Assembly: GCA_963763145.1 (NCBI GenBank)
Contig: CAVXMZ010000010.1
Coordinates: 22,141-86,140 of the forward strand
Direction of reading: 5' to 3'
Origin: an uncultured Acidobacteriaceae bacterium
Lineage (GTDB): Bacteria; Acidobacteriota; Terriglobia; Terriglobales; Acidobacteriaceae
Length of the DNA stretch: 64,000 nt
Shown: piece after piece, positions 16,426 through 23,579 of the stretch
How the letters are laid out: every line of letters starts with the position of its first letter
How positions within the stretch are numbered: position 1 is the stretch's first letter
Made by a program: the position numbers and the translations under genes
Notes under the pieces: model-generated
What the model was told of the DNA's origin: nothing
The model's input: the letters and a program-made list of their open reading frames with translations, nothing else
Databases searched by the model: none

Positions 16426-19110
16426 TTACATGTGGTATCCACCGTTCACGTTCAACTCCTGACCGGTGATGTAATCCCCATCGGCGGCAAGGAAAGCAGC
16501 CGCTTTGGCGATTTCCTCCACGGTTGCGAAACGCCCCAAGGGAATCTTTGCCTTGATCTGGGCCGCAATCTCTTCCGGAATGGCATCCACCATTTCGGTG
16601 GAAGTGAATCCCGGCGCAATCGCATTCGCGGTGATGTTGAACTTGGCCATCTCCAGGGCGAGCGTCTTGGTGAAGGCGATGATGCCGCCCTTGCTGGCCG
16701 AGTAGTTGGCCTGGCCGAATGCCCCCATCTGTCCCACGACGGAGCTGATATTGATGATCCGCCCAAACCTCTGATTGACCATGGCCGGCACCGCTGCGCT
16801 GGTGCAATAAAAGGTGCCGTTCAGGTTGGTGTTAATGACGGCCACCCAGTCGTCATCGGTCATCTTGCGCATGCTGCGGTCGCGCGTAATGCCGGCGTTG
16901 TTCACCAGGATGTCCAGGCGCTGCCATTTATCCAGCACTTCTTTAACGATGCGTGCGGCGACGCCCTTCTCGGCGACATCGCCCTGCACCAGCAGGCACT
17001 CGACGCCGATCTCGCGGACTTCTTCAGCCGCAGTCTCTGCTTGTTTGGCATCGGAGCGGAAGTTCAAAGCGATGTTCGCTCCGCGGCGTGCGAGTTCCAA
17101 AGCGATTGCGCGTCCGATGCCGCGCGAAGAACCGGTGACCAGTGCGACCTTACCTGCGAGCGAGGTCGCATTGTAATTTCCATTTCCGCCTGCAATGTTT
17201 GCCATCTCAAGACTCCTATCTTCAGAACTACAACTCACAACCGCGGGATCCACGCGCATCACCACGTAACCGCCAACCGCACCGGCTCCGAAACAAGGTG
17301 TAAAGATACGCATTGGCCGGTCAATTCGCCCTTCTTGTACTGCGTCATGGACAGCCAGAAGAATGCTGGCGGATGACGTGTTGCCCATCCGCTCGATGTT
17401 GAAGAAAATCCGGTCGCCGGGAATGCCGGCAGCCTCAGCCAGAGTGAGAACCATGTTCTTATTGGCCTGATGCGGAACTACCAGATCGATCGCGTCGATG
17501 AGCGACCCCTCGCCGCCGTCAGGGTTGGGAAGCCGGCCCAACTCACTCATCATCACTTTCAGATAGCGAGTCACCAGCGCTTTCACCTCGGGCCCGTACA
17601 CGGTGATGTTGTTGTCGAACTCAGGATTAGGCCAGATGATCGAATTCACCTCCGACCACGGACCGCTGGCATAGGTTTGGAAGTATTCAATGTCTGACGG
17701 CGCGCCTTCAGGTGCGGGGCCAATCACGACCGAGGCTGCACCGTCACCAAAAATCATTCGCGAGGTGCGTACCGTCCCGATCTTGTCGGAGAACTTTTCG
17801 GCACACACCAATAGCACGGGCCGGTCAATCTCCTGTAACAGGCGCACGGCTTCGCCAATGCCGTAAGCCATGCCGGCGCAGGCGGCAACTATGTCGCACG
17901 AATTATGGGTCTGCAACAATCCCAGCTCGCCCGACAGCCAGGTGGCCACCGATGGAATCAATCTGGTGCTGGTGCAACTGCAAAACAGCACGGCGCCGAT
18001 CTCCGCGGGACGCCGCCCGGATTTGGCCAAGGCGCTCTTGGCGGCCAGCAGGGCCATTTCCTCCAGTGGCAATTCGGTATAGCAGCGTTGCTCGATGCCG
18101 GTCTTTTCGCCGATCTCCGCCTCCGTCATGCGCGACCAGCAGTAAGCATGGTTGCGGATGAGGTCCGCATTGGTACAGGGGACCTCGCCTTCGTACACCG
18201 CGATGGCCTCGATGCGGGGCAGGATGGCGAAGCGCTTGCTTACCTCGACCGCGGGATAAGGGGTGATCGGCTCGCTCAAAGCGAGCGTGTCGGGCGCTTT
18301 GCGCTCCTGGCGAACTCGCGGACCCCAGTCAGTGTCTTGCCTGACGCGCTGGATGAACCGCAGCACTTCCTGGTTACGCGGATAGAAGGCAACTACATAA
18401 TCATCGTCCTTCAAACTACTGATTTCGCTTTGCGCGCTGGTCGCCGGGTCCCACGGATATTGGTTGTGAAGGATCATGCACTGCCGCATCAAGGCCTCAA
18501 GTTCCGACACCGGATGCAGGCAGTCCAGCACATCGTTATAGGTGTAGCGCAAGTAATCGGGATCGTAGGAGGTCAGCACACGAGTGCGGTTCCTGGGATC
18601 GGCAAGCGCCTCCTCTACCGTCGGTCGCAGAGGCCGGAGCTCTCCACCAGAGCTGAGTTTATTGCGAAAAACATCGAGCAGAATACCGAAAGCGCGGTCC
18701 TCCAGATCTTCGTCCCAAGCTGAAGGCAGGTCCCAGTAGCCGGCTTGGATAGCAGTCGTGATTGCCGAGTCATCGCGCGGCTTGTACACCGGAAGGAAGA
18801 CATCGTGCTTATGACGAGGCAAGTCACCCCAGCGGGTGGGGCGTTTCTCGTACATCGTCAGCGTGTAGCGATTTACCCAAAGCCGGTTCAGCACCAGATC
18901 GCGGCAAAGCTCATACCGGTTCTTGTACTCGCCGGCTTGCAGGCGGCCCGCAATCTCCACATCGGTGAAGGCTTTCTCGCCAAAGTCACGCCGGATGACG
19001 GCGGCAAACTGCTTTAGCGTCTTGAAAACAGAAAAGTCCAACTCGGGGAAAAAATTGCCCGGGAAGACAATGCGTCCGTGAGAATTGATAACGAAAGGTT
19101 TCAGCGACAT
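16426..19110 (-). CDS. Three-part fusion protein: unknown N-terminal domain (about aa 1-295), KASIII/FabH-like condensing enzyme (about aa 296-625), and FabG-like SDR ketoreductase (about aa 651-894)
   Basis: A single uninterrupted 894-aa ORF. KASIII triad context: VAACAGMAYG (Cys411), VVPHQANKN (His547), MGNTSSAS (Asn577). SDR: VTGSSRGIGRA, NNAGI, NYSASKGG. I recognised no motif in the N-terminal domain. Confidence 0.8.
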   Translation of the reverse strand: MSLKPFVINSHGRIVFPGNFFPELDFSVFKTLKQFAAVIRRDFGEKAFTDVEIAGRLQAGEYKNRYELCRDLVLNRLWVNRYTLTMYEKRPTRWGDLPRHKHDVFLPVYKPRDDSAITTAIQAGYWDLPSAWDEDLEDRAFGILLDVFRNKLSSGGELRPLRPTVEEALADPRNRTRVLTSYDPDYLRYTYNDVLDCLHPVSELEALMRQCMILHNQYPWDPATSAQSEISSLKDDDYVVAFYPRNQEVLRFIQRVRQDTDWGPRVRQERKAPDTLALSEPITPYPAVEVSKRFAILPRIEAIAVYEGEVPCTNADLIRNHAYCWSRMTEAEIGEKTGIEQRCYTELPLEEMALLAAKSALAKSGRRPAEIGAVLFCSCTSTRLIPSVATWLSGELGLLQTHNSCDIVAACAGMAYGIGEAVRLLQEIDRPVLLVCAEKFSDKIGTVRTSRMIFGDGAASVVIGPAPEGAPSDIEYFQTYASGPWSEVNSIIWPNPEFDNNITVYGPEVKALVTRYLKVMMSELGRLPNPDGGEGSLIDAIDLVVPHQANKNMVLTLAEAAGIPGDRIFFNIERMGNTSSASILLAVHDAVQEGRIDRPMRIFTPCFGAGAVGGYVVMRVDPAVVSCSSEDRSLEMANIAGGNGNYNATSLAGKVALVTGSSRGIGRAIALELARRGANIALNFRSDAKQAETAAEEVREIGVECLLVQGDVAEKGVAARIVKEVLDKWQRLDILVNNAGITRDRSMRKMTDDDWVAVINTNLNGTFYCTSAAVPAMVNQRFGRIINISSVVGQMGAFGQANYSASKGGIIAFTKTLALEMAKFNITANAIAPGFTSTEMVDAIPEEIAAQIKAKIPLGRFATVEEIAKAAAFLAADGDYITGQELNVNGGYHM

Positions 19111-19373
19111 GGACTATATCTTCATTTCTATGGAAGTTTTGACCGCAGCAGGCCAATCGCTGCGCTCAACCAACATCAAAAAAAGGGTGGAACAAACGCC
19201 AGTTATTACGCCACTCGAATGAAAGACCTGAACGCTCACTGAAGTCAGAATCTATGGGAAAGCTTAAGTTGTGCTACGAACACGAGCTTGTGACCGACGC
19301 CGTTTTCCGATGTGACTTGAATCACCGACAAACCCCACATTCTCAATTAGATCACAACCGGGTTACAGCCAGG

Positions 19374-19766
19374 TCAATCGAATTCCACCAGGACCTGGTT
19401 GGCCTTCACCGAGTCCCCCGGCGCGACATTTACCGATTTCAACTTTCCCGCCACCGGGGCCGTGACCGCGGTCTCCATCTTCATCGCTTCCAGCATGACC
19501 ATGAGATCGTTGACCTGCAACTGCTGACCGGCAACCACCGGCACTCGCACCACGATTCCAGCCAACGGACTACGGCACAACTTGGCTTCGTTGGTGTCCT
19601 GATTCAGAGACGAACCCGGTTTAGGGGGCGTTCGCAATACGGTCGATTGAATCGTGGCCGCCGCCGGCGCCGGAAGGTTGTCCTGGTTCTGCGGAGAATA
19701 ATCCTCCTCAGCTATTTCTACTTCCACTTCGTAGGTCTTCGCGTCAATCGAGATTTGCAGTTTCAT
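19374..19766 (-). CDS. Biotin carboxyl carrier protein, transcarboxylase 1.3S-like (about 131 aa)
   Basis: Biotinylation motif LEAMKMET. The N-terminus MKLQISIDAKTYEVEVEI resembles the 1.3S-type N-terminal assembly segment (MKLKVTVNG..Y.V.V.V, recalled from memory). A Pro/Ala linker is present. The start at 19766 is preferred over the track start at 19889. Confidence 0.8.
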   Translation of the reverse strand: MKLQISIDAKTYEVEVEIAEEDYSPQNQDNLPAPAAATIQSTVLRTPPKPGSSLNQDTNEAKLCRSPLAGIVVRVPVVAGQQLQVNDLMVMLEAMKMETAVTAPVAGKLKSVNVAPGDSVKANQVLVEFD

Positions 19767-19812
19767 GGACTGTTCCAGTCGTAAGCTTGCTTCGCTTCGT
19801 GACTCGGGTTGT

Positions 19813-20016
19813 TCAGCGTCGGGTGGGGCCAAGATTGTGCGAACCCTGCACCATTGTCCGCCCCTGGCGCACCCAGCGGCTGACCGCATCCGAATCCGGC
19901 AACGCCTTCACCGAACGAATGCGGACCTTCTTGCCGAGATATTCCGTGACAGCGGCGGCGATAATCGATACCGTCCGGGGCGTAACCTCAACAGACGAGT
20001 TTGACTTCGAATCCAT
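19813..20016 (-). CDS. Small OadG-like accessory peptide (67 aa)
   Basis: VSIIAAAVTEYLGKKVRIRSVK...W.RQGR resembles the conserved C-terminal motif of gamma/delta-type small subunits of biotin-dependent decarboxylases (recalled pattern). It has no clear TM helix. GGGAG precedes the ATG. It lies between the 12S and biotin-carrier genes. Confidence 0.4.
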   Translation of the reverse strand: MDSKSNSSVEVTPRTVSIIAAAVTEYLGKKVRIRSVKALPDSDAVSRWVRQGRTMVQGSHNLGPTRR

Positions 20017-20033
20017 GTTTGCTCCCAGCTCCG

Positions 20034-21608
20034 TTACAGGGGAATCAGCCCGTGTTTCTTGGCTGGCCGAAGCTCCCGCTTGGTGTGCAGCGCCTCTAAC
20101 GCCCGGGCCAGATATCGCCTGGTCTGGGAGGGCTCGATAACGTCATCCACCAGGCGCCGGCCGGCGGACACATACGGGTTGGCAAAAGTCTTGCGATAGA
20201 GTTCGATCAACTCATCCCGCTTTTGCACCTTGTCATCGGCGGCGTCAATCTCATGGCGAAACACGATTTCCGCGGCGCCTTCGGCGCCCATGACCGCGAT
20301 TTCCGCGGTTGGCCAGGCCACCACGCGGTCGGCTCCCAGGTCTTTGCAGCACATGCCGATGTAAGCTCCACCATACGCTTTGCGCAATACAACCGTTATC
20401 TTTGGCACGGTTGCCGCTGAGTAGGCGAACAGGATCTTCGCTCCATGGCGGATAATGCCGCCGTACTCCTGTTCAACCCCAGGCAGAAATCCGGGCACAT
20501 CGACGAAGGTCAGCAAGGGGATATTGAAGGCGTTGCAGAATCGAATGAACCGGGCAATCTTGCTGGAAGCGTCGATATCCAATGCTCCCGCCAGCACGCT
20601 AGGCTGATTGGACACGATTCCCACCGTGCGTCCCTGGATACGCCCGAAGCCGATCACCGCATTCGCCGCGAAGCCGGGCTGGATCTCGAAGAAGTCCTGA
20701 TGGTCAAGCAATGGCTTCAGCACGGTACGGATGTCGTAAGCGATTTTAGATTCCGTTGGGACCAGGTCATTCAGGCTCAGATCGTCCTCCAGGTCCTGGG
20801 TGTAGGGGAGCCGCGGAGGGTCTTCCAGGTTGTTCGAGGGCAGAAAACTCAGCAGACGGCGCCCGAGTGCCAGCGCCCCTTCATCGTCTTCCGCAATCAG
20901 ATGAATGACGCCAGAGCGGTTCATCTGGGCCGCCGGACCGCCCAATGCATCAGCGGTTACGGTCTCGCCAGTTACTTGTTTGATGACTTGCGGACCGGTG
21001 ATGAATATCTGCGCCCGCTTGGTTTGAATGATGAAATCGGTCAGCGCCGGACTATAGGCTGCGCCTCCGGCACACGGTCCGCAAATGATGGAAATTTGCG
21101 GCACAATCCCTGAAAGCATGACATTGTTGTAGAACACACTCGCATAGCCGGCCAGGCTGTCGATGCCTTCCTGCACGCGCGCCCCCCCGGAATCGTTCAC
21201 GAAGATGAACGGACTCCCGGTCTTCAGGGAAAGCTTCATCATCTCGACAATTTTGGCGCAGTGCACTTCGCCGGCCGCTCCGCCGGCTACCGTGAAATCC
21301 TGCGAGGCCAGGTGAACCAGACGGCCGTCAATGGTCGCGCACCCGGTGACGACGCCGTCAGCAGGAATGTCCTTGTCAGCCATGCCAAACAAGGTGGCCC
21401 GATGCTTGGCGAATAGTCCGATCTCCTGGAAGCTTTCGCCGTCGACCAGTTTGTCGATGCGCTCGCGTGCGGTGAGCTTTCCACCCTCGTGTTGCTTCTG
21501 GATACGCTTTGCGCCTCCACCCTCTTCTATCTTCGCGCGCTTCCCGCGAAGCTCAGCGATGCGCTCGGTCATGGTAGCGCTTGCCGGCTTGGGTGTTGCT
21601 GTCGCCAT
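20034..21608 (-). CDS. Acyl-CoA carboxyltransferase (PccB / MmdA / transcarboxylase 12S family)
   Basis: 524 aa. Typical blocks are KLTARERIDKLVDGESFQEIG, VTGCATIDGR, FVNDSGGARVQEG, GPCAGGAAYSPALTDF and AWPTAEIAVMG. AGGAGG precedes the ATG. Confidence 0.93.
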   Translation of the reverse strand: MATATPKPASATMTERIAELRGKRAKIEEGGGAKRIQKQHEGGKLTARERIDKLVDGESFQEIGLFAKHRATLFGMADKDIPADGVVTGCATIDGRLVHLASQDFTVAGGAAGEVHCAKIVEMMKLSLKTGSPFIFVNDSGGARVQEGIDSLAGYASVFYNNVMLSGIVPQISIICGPCAGGAAYSPALTDFIIQTKRAQIFITGPQVIKQVTGETVTADALGGPAAQMNRSGVIHLIAEDDEGALALGRRLLSFLPSNNLEDPPRLPYTQDLEDDLSLNDLVPTESKIAYDIRTVLKPLLDHQDFFEIQPGFAANAVIGFGRIQGRTVGIVSNQPSVLAGALDIDASSKIARFIRFCNAFNIPLLTFVDVPGFLPGVEQEYGGIIRHGAKILFAYSAATVPKITVVLRKAYGGAYIGMCCKDLGADRVVAWPTAEIAVMGAEGAAEIVFRHEIDAADDKVQKRDELIELYRKTFANPYVSAGRRLVDDVIEPSQTRRYLARALEALHTKRELRPAKKHGLIPL

Positions 21609-21658
21609 GTTGGACCTCCTGGGTCGATTCGAAATCGGAGCCTTGATTAAGACCAGGC

Positions 21659-23167
21659 TTACTGCACCGGTCGGACCGTGACGCTGTGTTCCTCACCGCC
21701 AACTTTGACGATGTAGGTTCGGGATTCTGCCGGTGTAGCCTCGCCGCTGACGGCTGTTTCCTGGTGAGATTCGGGGATGCCTCGCGCTTCCCTCGATAAG
21801 GTCGGTGCATCCTTCGACCCTGCGGTTCGCGCCTGGAAGAACCGTGCTGCGACATTCGGAAACATGGCGTAAGTCAGCACATCTTCATCGCTGCCGTTAC
21901 TGCCGGCCGCTGATGCCTCGGTGCGCCGGTTTTCCCAGGATGGCTCCAGCAAGTCAGCCGGACGACAGGTGATCGCGGCCTTGTTCTGGCGGATCGCTGC
22001 CTGGCGCATGACTTCTTCGTCTCTTGCCCCAGGAGTCGCCCCGTAATAGCCGAGCATCAGGTCGGCGAACTCACTGGTGATCGTGTTGTATTTCCCTTGC
22101 AGAACATTGAACATTGCCTGGGTCCCGAGGATTTCACTCGCCGGGATGGCGAGCGCAGGATAACCAGCGTCCCGGCGAACATTTTGGATTTCTTCTGCCA
22201 CCTGAGCGAGCAACTGAGGCGTACCCTGGCCCTTCAGTTGGTATTCCATGTTCAAGACGAGGGCTGCCGGTATGTGATGCTGGAAGGTCTCCGGCTCAAC
22301 CGCGACGTGCTGAGCATAAAATTCGTCGTACCTTGGCCGCACTGTGGCGATATGTTGCTTTACGCGATGCAGGCGTTTGGTGTCGAGGCGTGAGTCGAAT
22401 CCGGTACCCTCCAACATCGCAACCAGACTCTCGGTCGGGTTGTGGCCGTGGCCCAGCGACAGGGCGCTGATTGCCGTATCTACAATGTCGCATCCGGCTT
22501 CGATCGCCTTCATCAGCGAAACCATGGTCACGCCCGTCGTTGAATGAGTATGGACGCTAACCAGGGTGTCGCTTCCACATCTTTGTTTGATTCCCTTAAC
22601 CAGGTCGTAGGCCGCCTGCGGCTTGAGCAGACCATCAACGTCCTGCACGCAAATAGAGTCGCATCCCAACTCTTTAATCTGCTGCGCAATGTTGAGAAAC
22701 GCCGGGACCGTGTGCACTGGACTTGGGCTGTAGCAGATCGCGCCCTGAGCATGTTTGCCGGCTTTTTTCACGGCCTCAACGCTGGCCCGCAAGTTACGCA
22801 CGTCGTTCAATGCGTCGTAAATGCGGAAGACATCAACGCCATTCAGCGCCGCCTTCTCTACAAAGCGGCTGACAATAGAGTCGTCAAAGTTCCGATGCGC
22901 AACCAGGTTCTGCCCACGCAGCAGCATTTGCAGTCTGGTCTTGGGCAGCAGTTTGCGATAGGTCCGTAGCCTCTCCCATGGATCTTCATTCAGGAAGCGG
23001 ATGCTGGAATGAAATGCCGTTCCGCCCCAACACTCCAGCGACCAATAACCCGCGTTGTCCAGGTCTTCAAAGACGGGTGCGACATCATCGAGGGCCATGC
23101 TGGTTTTCAGAAGGCTCTGCTGGGCTTCGCGCAACAGCAATTCGGTGACTTCCACGGTTCGTGCCAT
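21659..23167 (-). CDS. Transcarboxylase 5S / oxaloacetate decarboxylase-alpha-like carboxyltransferase subunit without a biotinyl domain; non-canonical active-site motifs
   Basis: HMGL-like barrel blocks: YWSLECWGG, RFLNEDPWERLR, QMLLRGQNL, VDVFRIYDALND, KKAGKHAQGAICY, HTHSTTG, AISALSLGHGHNPTES. The C-terminus is TYIVKVGGEEHSVTV. ATG at 23167 (preceded by GAAGGA) is preferred over the TTG at 23188. Confidence 0.85.
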   Translation of the reverse strand: MARTVEVTELLLREAQQSLLKTSMALDDVAPVFEDLDNAGYWSLECWGGTAFHSSIRFLNEDPWERLRTYRKLLPKTRLQMLLRGQNLVAHRNFDDSIVSRFVEKAALNGVDVFRIYDALNDVRNLRASVEAVKKAGKHAQGAICYSPSPVHTVPAFLNIAQQIKELGCDSICVQDVDGLLKPQAAYDLVKGIKQRCGSDTLVSVHTHSTTGVTMVSLMKAIEAGCDIVDTAISALSLGHGHNPTESLVAMLEGTGFDSRLDTKRLHRVKQHIATVRPRYDEFYAQHVAVEPETFQHHIPAALVLNMEYQLKGQGTPQLLAQVAEEIQNVRRDAGYPALAIPASEILGTQAMFNVLQGKYNTITSEFADLMLGYYGATPGARDEEVMRQAAIRQNKAAITCRPADLLEPSWENRRTEASAAGSNGSDEDVLTYAMFPNVAARFFQARTAGSKDAPTLSREARGIPESHQETAVSGEATPAESRTYIVKVGGEEHSVTVRPVQ

Positions 23168-23579
23168 GTGACGTTCCTTCTGAGCCAATATTCGGGTTGC
23201 GTCAAACCAGGCGTGCTTGTTCCGCCGAGGCGACTAGCAGACTACGACACTAGAGTCCGAAACCCCATTGCCGAACAGAAATCCAGCCTAAGAAACACCT
23301 GGGTCGCGATTGCAGCAAGTGCTGATAACGCAACGGCGCCCGATACTTGTGTTTATAGTGGCACCACCGCCCGCAGGTCAAAAGTGATTCATGTCACAAA
23401 GTCCCGGTATCGCATCACAGAAATCGGGGTGGGGTAATACTCCGCAGTGGCAAGCCGTTTCCGGTGGCTGGCCGTAAGCCCTGGAGCGAATCGCGCGGCC
23501 TTCAAGTTGCGCATCACAGACCCTCCCGCAGTCTGTGAGATATAATCGCCGCCGACTTTCACAATCCAAGGTGGCGTTT

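Noticed and set aside
16432-18723. Long plus-strand ORFs (16432..17376, 314 aa; 17905..18723, 272 aa) opposite the KASIII-KR fusion.
   Set aside because: These are typical high-GC antisense open frames. The minus strand carries the unambiguous KASIII and SDR motifs.
19111-19373. Possible terminator or promoter in the 263-nt gap between the biotin-carrier gene and the fusion gene (T-run CCACCCTTTTTTTG on the minus strand; GCAGC...GCTGC hairpin).
   Set aside because: The stems are short or imperfect, and I found no acceptable -35/-10 pair. Whether the fusion is co-transcribed with the transcarboxylase genes remains unresolved.
23411-23546. Direct repeat CGCATCACAGA (23411-23421 and 23510-23520) and a TATAAT hexamer (23541-23546) upstream of the acyl-CoA synthetase gene.
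   Set aside because: No acceptable -35 element lies at the proper spacing. An 11-nt repeat could arise by chance, so I did not call it a feature.
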